A stretch of 64,000 nucleotides of DNA, from positions 1,428,455 through 1,492,454 of the forward strand of contig MU006089.1 of NCBI GenBank assembly GCA_010093705.1, in the 5' to 3' direction. Under the pieces are notes generated by a model that saw only the letters and a list, made by a program, of their open reading frames with translations, was not told the DNA's origin and ran no database searches. Positions 1 through 12,776 of the stretch are shown here, in pieces. Made by a program: the position numbers and the translations under genes. The first letter of the stretch is position 1. Every line of letters starts with the position of its first letter. The DNA comes from Patellaria atrata CBS 101060. Taxonomy: Eukaryota.

Positions 1-736
1 GCGAATAGATCTTAAACTCCTGTAAATGGTTTAATCGTTGAGCGAGGCCTTCACGAGATTCAACACGAGCAGCTATTTCTCGCATTGCAAGAGGTCCTAT
101 CTCTTCTATACCAATCATTGCCAGTCCCTGTGTGATGGTTTCGAACGAGATGGCCGAAGTGGCAAATAATCTAGCGCAAAGGGAGTCATTCAATTGCCGC
201 TTAGGTGTGACCGAGTGGACTTTTCCAAGTCCTCTAATAACTGCTTCGCGCAACTTAGTCGGATAAAACCGTACCTTCGGAGATAGGGGAGCAGAATCTG
301 TGTCTTTTTTGAAACCCGGAGTTGAGACGATCCTTTCCTTACGGGACTTACGCGAAGTTGGTGTCCTACGTCCCCCTTCTGCTGAGTGGAAAGGAGCTTC
401 ACGATTCCATCTAGCGCTACTTGTCTTCAACGATCTATTAAATTTTTTTCGACCCCTTCCCAGCTCATTCGTGGAGATAGATCCCAACGACAGATCCGCC
501 TCGATGTGGTCTCTTCCTTCTCTCCCCTGCACTCTAGTACGTGTGTCTAGTCCGTCATGATTCTCTGTTAAGATAGTTGCAGTGGAAAAGGTCTGTTTCC
601 ATGAATGAAAAGCGTCGCAAAACCATAAAGGCGAGGGAGTAGCTGGATCGTGGGATGATGATGACGATATTACAAGTCTTCGTAATGCCCTTACTGCCAG
701 TGGTCTGGCGAGGAGCCTATCCAGAGCTGTTCGCAT
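1..736 (-). CDS. Fungal mitochondrial pentatricopeptide-repeat-like protein, 5' part (runs off the left edge)
   Basis: Hand translation from ATG at 736 stays open to base 1, so it is absent from the ORF track. N-terminus MRTALDRLLARPLAVRALRR is presequence-like. Block LCARLFATSAISFETITQGLAMIGIEEIGPLAMREIAAR resembles a conserved Pezizomycotina PPR-protein segment (recognised from memory). Confidence 0.6.
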   Translation of the reverse strand, partial: MRTALDRLLARPLAVRALRRLVISSSSSHDPATPSPLWFCDAFHSWKQTFSTATILTENHDGLDTRTRVQGREGRDHIEADLSLGSISTNELGRGRKKFNRSLKTSSARWNREAPFHSAEGGRRTPTSRKSRKERIVSTPGFKKDTDSAPLSPKVRFYPTKLREAVIRGLGKVHSVTPKRQLNDSLCARLFATSAISFETITQGLAMIGIEEIGPLAMREIAARVESREGLAQRLNHLQEFKIYS

Positions 737-1098
737 CAATTTGAAGTTCGGGATAGAGTGAAACCATGCATGGCCTTTGTGTTGGATATTAATAGCAAGT
801 GATGGGAGGGCAGATTACGCATTGAGATCGGCTGTAAGCACTTATATTTGTGCGAGGATAGTTATTAAAAGGAGTGTAAGTTAATGGTCATAAGTAGTAT
901 GGGCATTCATAGTTTCTTGAAAGTAGCGGAGGTTAGATATTTAGATACCTCGCTGCCAAGCACGCGGTTCTTCCCGGTCGAACGACCAACCTCACGACCT
1001 CAAACAATCGAACCTACAGTAAGTAACTCATCAATTACAAAACCCTCTCTCCTCTCCAATCCACCTCACACACATACTCAATCCATCTTGAATACACA

Positions 1099-1723
1099 AT
1101 GGCGCAAAAATGGGGGTAAGTGACATATGTCTGAATCCAATCCCATATTGAAGGAGCTTCGTCGAGCTCCATTCCGTACCGTAGCTCTCTCCGCTCTTTG
1201 CAAACCAACACTGAACCGCACGATACAGTTTCGTCAACCGCCCCAATCGCGTACCCGAATATCAACGTATGTTCCAAGCTCATGATGGCAAGCGACAATG
1301 GGTTCAGGTGCGTCGCTATACACGATCCATTTCCACAACCAAACTCCGCCCGCTCGTACACTCCTAGATTACTCAAGCTCGTTGGTTGCTTCATAATTAC
1401 AACACTACTAAAGGGATTCATAGACTCCTCGAAGCAAGTTCATGCTCTACCCGTATTATGTCATCCTATGGGGAGGCTTTGCTGGTATGCTTCCCATTAC
1501 TTCCTCGACATTTCGCACTAGCACCATCTTCCTTCCTCCTGAAATACGCAGATACTAATCCTTTAATCTCCACCTCAGGCTCGATGTATATGATGGGTCG
1601 CATGACTTTGGTATGGCTCCGGAACGTCCAGTCGCTTCTTGGCAGTTTATATCGGGGTCAAGACTGTTCAAGTTCCGCTAATCAGTCAAATAGGGCCATA
1701 AGACCTGGTTCGGTCAAGGTTAG
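1099..1723 (+). CDS. COX7: Cytochrome c oxidase subunit VII/VIIa, 5 exons
   Basis: Exons 1099-1115, 1229-1307, 1424-1484, 1579-1610 and 1694-1723 with GT-AG introns splice to MAQKWGFVNRPNRVPEYQRMFQAHDGKRQWVQTPRSKFMLYPYYVILWGGFAGSMYMMGRMTLGHKTWFGQG*. The NRVPxYQRxFQ motif and single TM helix are typical of Cox7. Confidence 0.88.
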
Positions 1724-2328
1724 AGCGTGTCAATTCAATTCGGAGATTTTTCATTTGTGTCTCTATTATCGGATGGAAGATATCGTTTACCATCGACACC
1801 TGTACAGAAAGATTTCATCTTATACAAGGGATCATTCATCCCCGGCCACAACCTTCCAAACTTGTCCCAGTGAACTTTTGAACCTATGCAAGGATATATC
1901 ATGTTTACTGTGAACCGATTCCAATGACGAATTTTCCTAAAAAACCGACTACGACAACGCAAACGCATTGAACTACTGTATTAATCCCTACTTCTAACTT
2001 TGTGCTACGAAAAAAATCCTGAAGAGGGATTTCGTTCATACGTGAACAAATACATAGTACTCTGTAATTTTTGTGTACCAGCTTGCTTTACGGTAATACT
2101 TCTTTTGTAACATATCTTTAAATAATTCATTGAGGGAGGTTAAATAAACAGGGCGCATTTGAAGTTATTTACTGTAGTACCTAGCCGAGCTAGTCTATCT
2201 ACCTTACCTCTCGAACTAACACCCGAATCCTCTACCACTACAATATCCCCACATGCAATCCCTTAAGTATCAGCGTTTTTGAAGGTTATCGACCTCATCG
2301 TACTGACTAGCGGACTAGTCTGCTCACA

Positions 2329-3776
2329 ATGGCCGAGTATCTGAAAAATGTCTTTGGAGGCTCGAAGCCATCGACCGCACCCGTAGATGATGCTGGTTAG
2401 TTGCGCTTCAGAAAGTACTCCGAATTACCATTGACCATTCAACTAACTCGGTCGCGTCTCCATAGACTTTGCCGACTATGCTGGTGCTCCAGAGCCCACT
2501 CCTGTTGCTTTTACGACAAACACAGCCGCATCTCCACCGACCTTCCCACCACCGCGAGCTACCTCGAGGCCGTATACAAAGTGGTACCGGGTATGGGAGC
2601 GCACGCAACCTAGAGACTTTTACCAAGAAGCTTTCATCATCCCATTCATCTTGTTAATTGTTCTGATCCATGTATGGGGTACTCGCGCTAATCGGCGCCG
2701 AGCCCACGGCTGGATCAAGGCGCATGCTCCCACTTTGCAGCAGGAGTTCGCTCAGGTAGGGTTTGAGACGCCGAAACGCTCAGATAATGATCAAGTTGCG
2801 CACTCTGATGAAACTGTTCTGCCGGAGATGCTTCTCAAAGAGAAGACGGCCAATGAGTTCACCACGTACGCTTCTGGGCGACAGAACATTGCTTTTGTCG
2901 ATTTGAAGCTCACTTTCGTGAAGCGCTACAACCCAATGGTGCGCTTTGGAGAGGCCGCTATTGGGTTTATGTTTGAGAGCTTGCCTGCTACTATTGAACG
3001 AATGGAAGCTACTGCGTACGCGTTCGATGGGAAAGAGAAAGATCTGGTTGGTTCTCTAGGCGGAACATCTAAATTAACAGGCAATTCGATCTATGATGCC
3101 TTCGTCTGGGCTATCGTTCACAAAGATATGATGAAGCTCCTCCGGGACGATCGTTATGATCTTTCATTGACTGCTACAAAGGATCACCCTAAACTCCCTA
3201 TCTGGGCCACCGTCATGAGCGAAAGTGCAGAGATTACCGAAAGTCTTTTAACACCGGAGCTTATCCAGGCCGTAGAATCTGCCGGCCATGCTTTCGAGGC
3301 TCTTGTCATTTCAGATCAGCCCATGGAACAACCCAAAAAGTAGAGTACCACTCTTCCCTCATTAGTATTCCACGTACTAATAAAAATATCTCAGACTGAA
3401 TGAGACTGTGCCCAAGAAGCGCGTCTCCCTTGCGCTCAAGCTCCCTAGTTCCTCTTCCACTTCTGCGTATACTCGGACGCTCCCCATTTTCCAGTACTTC
3501 CTCCGCTTGACAGACACCCTAGTGTCGCATGGCCGCTTCCGACCTGAAGCTCTTCGCAAAGTCAAAGCGACGCGCGAGGAAGAGATGCGCAAAATCAAAC
3601 GCGTAGATGAAGCGGAACAGAGTGAAGAGAGGAAGCAACAGGCAGATAAGGCTAAGAAAGAGCTAAGAGATCAGAAGCTGAAGAACATGAGTGCAGATGA
3701 GCAGAGGAAGTACTTAGAAAAGGAGAGAGAAAAGGATATGAGAAGGGGTCAGAAGAGGAAGACCATGAAGGCCTAG
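2329..3776 (+). CDS. CCDC47: DUF1682/CCDC47-family ER membrane protein (PAT complex subunit homolog), 3 exons
   Basis: ATG 2329; introns ~2396-2465 and ~3340-3394. Contains PYTKWYRVWER, one TM helix, YASGRQN, FVWAIVHK and VMSESAEIT, plus a basic coiled-coil C-terminus (LSADEQRKYLEKERE-like). Confidence 0.85.
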
Positions 3777-4243
3777 AGCCAGGGCTCCCGATGAGTCTAC
3801 TTGCATAAACTATGTAAGCTGTGGTTTGGGGCAGCCTGGGAGGAACGCGAGTGTACAAGTACTATCATGGATTCGCATATAATCCAAAAATGTTGATACA
3901 GCGGTAACCGTCTCTTTGATTGGGGGGTTCTTCCTCACATCTGTACGATAGTATAGTATTTGAATCTCTATCGGTTTACCAGTTTCATCTCGGTTAGAGG
4001 TTCCTAAGGGGTCCCTTTACGAAAGTAGAAGTACGAGTCGTTACTTGTATGATCAATAAATGATCGTGTTCCGCTCCTGTCAATAATTGCGTGTTCTTTT
4101 TCTCAGCTTATTCTGCCATGCGACCTACGTGACGAGCTACTCATACAGAAGGGGATGATAATGTTTGTGGATCTTATAAGGCTACAAAGTTATGGGTATA
4201 GAACCAAAGCACAAAACATCCATAAAGGAGTCTCTAACATGAG

Positions 4244-4972
4244 CTAATCCTCTCTGGCCCCATCTCTCTTCACTTCAAAAACTTCCCCTGCCAACTTCCT
4301 GATGTTCTCGTCTTCAGCTTCTCGCAACGCCCTCTTTATGCCTTCCAGCACAGCTTTTGACACCCCCTCCGGGTTGCGGCAACAGATATCTATTCCCGCA
4401 GGCGTGAACAGCGTTTTCGCAAAGTAAGTAACGATATATCCATTCTCTCCCTCCACACCCTCTTCCGCCGCTCCATTATCGTTCCCATACCCGATAACTT
4501 CCCAGTGCGAGCTCGCGATCTTCAACCACCCGACACCGCGCCAATTGTACGCCCAACCATCCTTCGTCACCCTCTCGCCCTCCTCTTTGGGAAGGCCGGC
4601 CGCTTTATTCTCGACTTGAGTTTTAACGCCGACACCTGAAGTAGAGACGGGCGTGTCAATCCCATGAACATTCTTCACTTTTTTGCCGTTGAGAGCTTGG
4701 TAGGTCACCATATCGTCAAGCTTAGGGGTAGCGTCAGAGTCTAGGATCTTGTACGTGATTCGGACGTTTCGCTTTGACTTCCACATGGGGAGCGAGGAAT
4801 GGGTGACGTGCCAGGTGGCTTCGAGCCATTGTGGTGTTGGTGGGTTTAGATCAAGAGGTTGGGAATAAGGGGATGCGAGAGGCGGACGGAGGGTTATTGG
4901 TTTGACCGTTTGGGTTTCAGACTCGGAGTTTACTTGAGGAACCGTTTGCGAGATGTCTTCGTTTTGGGACAT
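4244..4972 (-). CDS. Conserved fungal lipocalin/calycin-like protein
   Basis: Intronless 242-aa ORF with WHVTHSSLPMWKSKRNVRITY, LDDMVTY, WRGVGWLKIASSHWEVIGY and TYFAKTLFTPAGIDI; the beta-barrel fold is inferred. Confidence 0.7.
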   Translation of the reverse strand: MSQNEDISQTVPQVNSESETQTVKPITLRPPLASPYSQPLDLNPPTPQWLEATWHVTHSSLPMWKSKRNVRITYKILDSDATPKLDDMVTYQALNGKKVKNVHGIDTPVSTSGVGVKTQVENKAAGLPKEEGERVTKDGWAYNWRGVGWLKIASSHWEVIGYGNDNGAAEEGVEGENGYIVTYFAKTLFTPAGIDICCRNPEGVSKAVLEGIKRALREAEDENIRKLAGEVFEVKRDGARED

Positions 4973-5242
4973 GGTTTGTCAAGTCTTCTCCCTCAATTGA
5001 AGTTGAAGCAGTTCGGTGCGTGGTTTGGCCTCACCCCGGCATATGCTCGGGTCCAGGACTGTAGTAATATACCAGCTCAAAACGAATACGGATTCTATAC
5101 GCAGCCTGTCTACACAGTATAAATACACAAACATTCGCTATAGCCCCAGGCATCACAGTATTTCGTATCTAAGGTACGTGGAGATCAAGGATAAATCAGA
5201 AGGCCTCCAATCAGCTGGGTATCAAAGGGACACATACACAAC

Positions 5243-6403
5243 TCACGTCCCGTTTCTCGTCCACAGCAAGCATACCTCATCTTGCTTCTGTATCTCCTGA
5301 AATTTTTCTGTCCCTGTATACCACCCTTCGTCCGTCAATTGCTCTTCAAGTTTCCGCCAGTACGACAGTTTGCCCTCCGTAGGTTTTGGGTCCAGGTCTG
5401 CTAGCCTTGCCTCAACTGGCCTGTCGCAGTCACCGGAAAAGCGCAAAAACATGGAGCAATCCCTCAAGGTCATGGCGAAAGCGAGTTTCTCCAAATCCGG
5501 GGCGATTCCCATGGCTCCATCTGGGTCAAACTTAGCTTGTAAGTCTTGTAACTGCTTGAGCAGACGCAGTCCGTCCCCAGAACCGGTGAAGTAAGAGGTC
5601 AACAGATTGATGATCCGATCCTGACTGCACAGAGCGTTATTCTCGAAAGAAACGTGTGCGGTCTTGAATAGGGTCCGAATGACTGGTGTAACAAGCTCTT
5701 CGTCGTCCGACACGAGGGCCAGTGGACAGTAGAGGTGCACCCTACCGCCCCATTGACGTTGAGGAGCTTTGCAGTTGTCCCGAGCAGCTTTCGCGCAAGT
5801 TCGACATCTACGAGCGTTTGGGGGCGCTGTAGGTGATTGAAGTAGCCACTTTGGCTTCATCTCTATTGTGTAGACGCCTTCTGCAGGAGCCAGCATGTTT
5901 GGCATGAGCATACCGTGTAAGTCTTTTACTGAGATGAATTGATTGAGACGTTTAGTTGGACGGATACCATCGTCTTCTAGTTGCTTGAGCTCGAGGTTTA
6001 AAGCATCGATGATGCTCGGATGGCATATGACCAACTCTGAGCGAACGATGTCATCGCTCTCGAAGTTCTTTTTAATCGTACGATGGTAGCTGTCGACGGA
6101 AATGCTGGAGATATTGTCCTTTCTCAAGCGCAAAAGTTGGTTGATCCAGGTCCTGTGAGCTGGATCGATTGTTCCTTGAGCCGATGGTTGTATGCGATAC
6201 AGAACATTTGCTCCTCCCTGTTGCGAGTGTGAGCAACTATATATATTGATGGGATAGCTTATGTATGATTGCCGGCACGAAATGAAATTTACATTTGACA
6301 TTACCTCTTTGTGGTATTCAAGTACTATTTCTGACTGCTGTTGATATTTTCTACCCCTTGGGTGAATGGCGGGCGGGTCCCCGTCTAATTGTGCCTCTAT
6401 CAT
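5243..6403 (-). CDS. IPK1: Inositol-pentakisphosphate 2-kinase
   Basis: Motifs EGGANVLY (after removing the 87-nt in-frame intron 6218-6304), EMKPKWLLQSP, RRCRTCA, YCPLAL, AMTLRDCS and LADLDPK. Confidence 0.88.
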   Translation of the reverse strand: MIEAQLDGDPPAIHPRGRKYQQQSEIVLEYHKEVMSNVNFISCRQSYISYPINIYSCSHSQQGGANVLYRIQPSAQGTIDPAHRTWINQLLRLRKDNISSISVDSYHRTIKKNFESDDIVRSELVICHPSIIDALNLELKQLEDDGIRPTKRLNQFISVKDLHGMLMPNMLAPAEGVYTIEMKPKWLLQSPTAPPNARRCRTCAKAARDNCKAPQRQWGGRVHLYCPLALVSDDEELVTPVIRTLFKTAHVSFENNALCSQDRIINLLTSYFTGSGDGLRLLKQLQDLQAKFDPDGAMGIAPDLEKLAFAMTLRDCSMFLRFSGDCDRPVEARLADLDPKPTEGKLSYWRKLEEQLTDEGWYTGTEKFQEIQKQDEVCLLWTRNGT

Positions 6404-6723
6404 TGTAGTTGAAATCCCTCGGCCTTTGGTCTGAGGATAGCTGAAGTATTTTGATCATAGTTGCGGGTGTGTTGGATTGTAACTAGTATTATAGTATATC
6501 AATCATTCAGTCATTTCTTGTTCCTTAGAGTTCTGGTTAGAGTTTAGACCACAAGAGAATCTTTTATTTTACCCAGTTCTACTGTAACGTCGTGCGCCTC
6601 GCGCCCCATCGTTCATAGTCCATCCACGCCCAAAATCTCTCCTCCAGTAGTTTTCCTCCTCTTCATCACCTTACCAATCCATATTCCCTCGTAGCCGCCA
6701 TTATTGGCTATACCGATAACAAA

Positions 6724-7182
6724 ATGACATCTCTTCCTTCGGACCCCAACCTGAGAGATTTGGCCACGCCGCCCGCTTGTACGGCTGATTTCTGCCTTAT
6801 TCCCATAGGGACGAGCTCGGGGGCATCCGTCTCGAAAGAGATCGCCCAAGTTCAGCGGCTTCTCAAAATGTCAGGCTTGAACTATTCCTTACATTCGGCG
6901 GGTACAACGCTCGGTACATGATCCCCTCGATGAATTCCTTTGAAAATTTTTCTTAAGCACCCATGGCATGAGAACCATAACTAACAAGTAGAGTAATAAG
7001 AGGGATCTTGGGACGATGTCATGAGAATCATTGGTCAATGTCACTCGATGCTACATGCAAATGGTGTCCTGAGAATCCAGTCCGATATCAGAATCGGAAC
7101 AAGGACAGATAAGAGTCAAACGTTTGCAGACAAAGTCAGGGCAGTCGAAGACTTGTTAAAGTCGGATTCACATGATGCATAG
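6724..7182 (+). CDS. ECM15: UPF0045/ECM15 thiamine-binding-protein family, 2 exons
   Basis: ADFCLIPIGT...SVSKEIAQVQR...HSAGTTL|EGSWDDVMRIIGQCH...RIQSDIRIGTRTDK. Intron ~6914-6999; TAG at 7180-7182. Confidence 0.85.
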
Positions 7183-7577
7183 ATAGTTTTATGTTTCCCC
7201 TCATCCAAATGTGTCTCAACAATAGACTTCAGGTTGGAGGACAAGAATCTGAATTGTAGCCCGAGTCCCCAATTTATTGGAGAACGAGCAACATTTTCAT
7301 CATATAATTTGTTATTTGAGACAACTGTACTGCCCTATACCGCTCGACCTATGAACGGTTAGACGGTCAATTCTTCGTCAAACCGTCCAGGTTCTCGCTT
7401 GTTGTCTGCTTTAATAGGACATCCATCCAGTCTGATCAAGCCATTGATGTCTTCAACATGGACCCAGATGTGTCGTTTGGTATCGTCTTTTAAAATGGCC
7501 CTAAACATACGTGTAGAGCAAATAGCATGAGCAACCAAATTTCTATGATACTATGTTTTGAGCTTCGTCACACGTGC

Positions 7578-10507
7578 TCAAGAGATCTGCCACTGTGCAT
7601 TGATCTGTTTCCTCTTTACCTAGCACCACATCAGTAGGAAGAAGCGAGAGGGCAATGTTGACAGTCTTACTAAAGGCGCTACGAACAGAACACCAATCGC
7701 CAAAGCCGCGACTGTGCTCACCATCTGAATCTTATTGAATCCTTTCCCGAGAATGTCGAATGAGAAACTGGGGCTAACTCGGGTCCCAAAGACATCAATC
7801 CCATATGCGAAAACAAGACTTGTGCTTTCTAGCAGGGAGGGGCTAGTTATCACATTTTCAATGCCTAGCAACTCGCGTTTATGGTTGAGATACCATTTGG
7901 GATCAAAGTCGATATAAGGAAGGTACTTGGTCAAGCCTTCGCTTGATTCCTGTGCAGTCGCATCGCGGCCTACTGGTCGTCTAGGATCAATTACCTGCTT
8001 GGGAATGCCCACGATTGAGTTGGAACCCGGAAGGGTAGCCAATAATTGGCGCGACGTTATCCCTTGTCTTGTATGGGTCACCGCCATATGCGATATCCGC
8101 TCAGGGATATGGTAAGTCTGGGTAAGAACATGTGGTTTCAAAGCATCGCCAGCAGGCAACGGTTCAATGCTTGACGCATTTGAACCAGTGCTCAGCGGGC
8201 CTCGATCATTCGGAAGGGAGGATTCATAGAGTTCTCCAACAACAAGAGCGAATCCTCTAGAAGATGGTATATGGGAAGCCGTATCGATGGTGTATGAATA
8301 GGTAAACCAGTTTTCTGATATTGCTGCAGCAATGTCCTGGCTGGTATCGATACCCTCGTGGGTGTTAGAGAAAATGACATTTCCTGAGATGGTGTCCAGA
8401 ATATAAACTGATGTACTTCTTGCGCCTTGATTTATAGCTGTTACTAAGGCGATGTTTGGGTTCAAGTACTTGTAGAGAACACTTCGATCACCTAAAACTT
8501 TGCCAATCGACGCAACAGGATCATCCACAGGTCTAGAAACGATGTTGATTATATGTTCACCTATGGCCGGGAGGAATTTCCAGATTGGTGTGGCATCCCC
8601 GCCGAAGAACCCTCTTACTTCTCCTTCAATAAGCTCATACGTAATGGCTGCGGAATTTCCTGGTGCCTGCTTGATCTCCACTGGTGGAGGATCACTTTCG
8701 CTTAGAAATACTCCTGTAGTAGTGTTCAGTAGCAGGTGTCTGACACCGTAACGTACCGTAACAAATCCCTGAGGGTCAGCCTCCAACTGTGGAGCTGCCC
8801 AACGGCTTCCCAGTTCCTGTCCGACGATCTCTACACTCCACACCGTTCTTCCCGAACTACCAACATCGAGTGCTGCGATGCGGCCATTGTCTGTGGCAAT
8901 GATGACCAATTTGCGAAATCCAAAACTGTCCCGCTGAAGTTCAGCTGAGGGCCTTTTCTCGTTATCACCAAGGAAGTTCCTTGTGATTCGAGCCGGTAAG
9001 TTCTGGATCCAGGTAGGCAAATGCTCGAAGTCTTTGATATGCCTCCGTACCCGATGAACATAAGCTGTCAAAACATTCTGGTGACCTTCAATATCGAGCT
9101 GGTAAGCAAGGTCCTGAGTATCCGGTAGTTCGGCCCAGACTGCAGTCGTGATACCTGATAGGCTCTCTGGTCTAGTCCACGAGATTTCGCTGTTCCTCAA
9201 CAAAACCCAATCGCCGCTCGAGAATAGAACTGCGCATCTCACTGCATGGGCAGCTCCAGAGCGGAGAACAACCTCAGATATAGCATGAACAGGCCGAGGG
9301 TCATCCAAGAGGCCTGGGATAGTAAAGTCCTTGATTGCAAAGCGACCAAGAACTCCATGTGATACTGAGGACACTACCAGAAGCTCCTCCCGAGTGAATC
9401 TTGTAAAGTATACATTTACGCCGCTAGTGCTGGTAGAGAATGCTCCGTTTCCAACAAGTTTGGGGAGACTATAAGCTTTTGCTACAGATGATGTTTTCAA
9501 GTCGACGTGATAAACTTCCGCCCAGTGACTCAATGGTGTCTGGTAATGGACGAGAAAATGCGGAACGGAATTGATCTGGCGCGGCGCATGTACTATGATC
9601 TTCTCGATGTCTTCCCCATTCGCATTATCGAGATTGAAGGAAGATACCGGCCTCGTACCAATGATATTAACCTTCAAGACCTTATGGTGTTTGTCCGTCC
9701 AACAAAGGACAGGCGATGCCGAGTTCGCTCCAACGAACAGAATCGACTGGGCGGATGGCAATTCACTATCAGAGTTTAAAGTGTATTGGTCCAGTTTGGT
9801 GCCCTTAAGAACATCTAAAGACGTAATCCTAATCTTGAGGCCACCAAGCATGCTGGTGTGAAGAGTAATGTAAAAGATGCCAGTGGAGGATGCGGCAATT
9901 TGGAACGGCTCATCTCCACTAATCAAAAGAGTAAGTAATGTTCCCTACGCCACAGCAGTGGTACATACCTATTATCTTCATGTTCCCATACCACAGCTCC
10001 AGTCTTGCCATTTAACCTCCTCACTACCGGAGTTGCTCCTCCAAACACCACGAGTGAATCTTTCTCTTTCTCGGTGTCAGATTCCGCTAGCTCAAGCACT
10101 TCGAGGTCTTTGATAGGACCAGCTCCTTCGAAAGATTTTCTCCACACCAGCTTACCATCTCCAGCTCCCCAAGCGGCAACGGAGTTGCGAATACCACTGA
10201 CGACCGTGTCCTGGCCTTGTCCGACGCTCAAAAATGCATCTGTAACATTCGACGGTTCAGCTAGAGGTTGTCGCCACACAATTGCTCCATCTTTCGGATT
10301 GACGGCTCCAAGTACAGATTTGTCCCCGATAGTATATATTAGAGAGGCTTTCGAGCCCTGAAAGGGCTGATGGAAGAAGGTGGTTCGTGAGCTCGGAATA
10401 CCAAGAAGGGCATTATGGAAGTCAACGTGGTAGGCGTCGTCTGCAAAAACAGCGAGAGATAATGGGATGAATAATGCTACAACTGGTAAAAGGAAGGAGA
10501 GAAGCAT
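7578..10507 (-). CDS. EMC1: ER membrane protein complex subunit 1, 3 exons
   Basis: Signal peptide plus AVFADDAYHVDFH; beta-propeller region; VASIGKVLGDRSVLYKYLNPN, TRQGITSRQLL, LESTSLVFAYGIDVF; C-terminal TM. Introns 9919-9968 and 7620-7670. Confidence 0.95.
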
Positions 10508-12752
10508 GATTGAAAGCTTCTCATGCGCGTTACTAGCTTCTTTCCGATCTTTCCATAGTATTAATCCTTCTCGTCGGACGTCTTCCAGGCCAAAGGCGGT
10601 GGCAGAAAGAAACTACCCTAATGAACAAACTCAACAAACATCGACCCCTTGGATCGCGCCCTTCTTTATTAAATCCTTGATCTAATCCAACAAGAACCTG
10701 AGACGAAAACAATCTCAACTTCAAAACTCGCCATAAGTTCCTTTGCTTTCCCAAAGGGGATAAATTAGAATTAGTTCTTGCGGATTTAACTGCTCCCCAG
10801 TACGTGATTACTTAACGTATCAATAACCGCAACTAATAGTCGAAACTCCTTTCTCATTAATAAGGATACCTAGACTGAGATCATTACTTCCACAGTATCG
10901 ATTATGCACGTTTCAATATATCCTGCATCCGTAAAGCGCATAGCATGTCAAGCAGGTGACTTGGAGCTCTCCACTCCACTGTGCCCCTCGAATTTCGGTG
11001 TATATCAGCGACACATGTCATCCTTCCTTTGGCTTGTCTCAATTGAGGTCCAAGATTTAAGAGGGATTCAAATCGATATTCATCCGTACTTCCGGACATA
11101 TTCTATTCGATATCTCAAACCGGTCGTATGGCATCTATGGCATGCTATGATAGGAGCAGTACATTTGCTTTTGGTCTTGTGTTATTTTTTTGCCGATTTG
11201 CATGATAAGAAGAACCATCTCTCGTCATGCTACTTACAGTATAATTTTATATTCAACCGTCATGCTAATAATGTGATAAAGCCGACCCGCTCCAGCAACC
11301 GGGCTGCTTGGCATAAGGCAGACTTTTCCATTCTCCAATGTCTCGGATCAACGTTGAATAGAGGGTTGAAAGCTCCAACAAGTTCTCGAAATTTTGACTG
11401 GTTACTGGTTACCAGTTTCGTGGAAGTTGCCGTGGAACGGAGGCTTGGGATTCGGGATTGGGGAATTGGATCGAAGCATTTATCATTAACATTCCATCAA
11501 CAAGGCTTAATAATCCGTCTAGAAATGAAAGACGATATGAGGTAGATGTACCTCGTGTCTGGTTTCTGCAAGCATTCATATTTGTAGGTAATGTATTGTC
11601 ATCAAATTGGAACAGAACAATTTGACTGTAGAACTAAGGTAGTTCTACTCTATAAGTTCTTCTACTCTAATCGTCAGAAACAACTGCACTGTGCCGTACA
11701 CAACTCCAGGCCGTACGTGTATGTGTCTAGAACTTGTACTGTACAGTACAAGCACTGCAACCCATCAGTACCCAAGAAGCGGCCAGGGCAACTTTAAAAG
11801 GAATGCTTAAATGCATTAAAGACGAATGGATGAACTTCATTTCAAAATAATAATAATTGGAATTTCGTGCCCTAATAAGAGACCCTCAACTTCAGTATCC
11901 GCATTATTATCAGTTCCCTTGGTTGTTGCAGGTCCAACGCATCGACAGGCATCCCGTCCGCAATCACACTGTATTCTACTCACGCTCTCACCCACTCTCA
12001 CACTCTCTCGCAGTCTCGCAGACTCTACAGACGTCAAGGTCTTGTCTCTTGTCTATAGGCAATCACGTCAGGTGTTACTCCCCAAGGGCCCCTTCGATTG
12101 CTTTACCTTCAAAGCCCTTACTTATTAGTGAGAAATGAAAATAATTCCTACCTTATTTATGCATCCAGAGAAAACCACCATAACCTAATGCCGTCAGCAG
12201 ATCAGCAATTGATAGATGCAACTATGTGTCCAGTGGCTGGATCAAATCATGCAGATAGATCCCATATTTCAGTCCTGATGATGGGAGTTATTCTACACTA
12301 TCATCCCATCCATATATCTACCAGTTCTAACTTTGTGTTGGGACTCTTTCCTGTCATCCTTATCCTCCTACCTTTTAGAAGTACACTTATGCTTTGGACA
12401 AGAACTTATACCTACCTTACCTACTCATTATTGCTGTACAATTACAGCACAATCTAAAGTCAACGGAAGTGCCTCGGGTTTCGTAGCTATCGATAGCGCC
12501 AGGCCCGAATCAGACCCAAGTTACTATATTCTTTTTTTTTCCTTCCCCTACATATCGAACGACGGGAACTGGAAGCGAATTTAAGATACGGTAATTATTA
12601 GAGGTTTACCTTTAGGTTCGAGCAACACTCATCACCTCAACAAAAGTCTTTTCAAGTGGTAAGGTAGCCGTACTGTGGTAGGAAATTGGACACTTGAGGT
12701 AAGCAGCACCCTCTTATAGCTTACGAGTTTTACTGTACGAGCACCAGCGAGA

Positions 12753-12776
12753 TCGCGTTCGCGTTCGTGTTCGCGT
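12753..12776 (-). promoter_or_regulatory. Tandem CRCGAA (SCB/MCB-like) elements upstream of RSR1
   Basis: Minus strand reads ACGCGAACACGAACGCGAACGCGA, ~500 bp upstream of the RSR1 ATG. Function is inferred. Confidence 0.35.

Noticed and set aside
10904..11545. 213-aa ORF between EMC1 and RSR1
   Set aside because: No recognisable motif and a composition typical of translated non-coding DNA.
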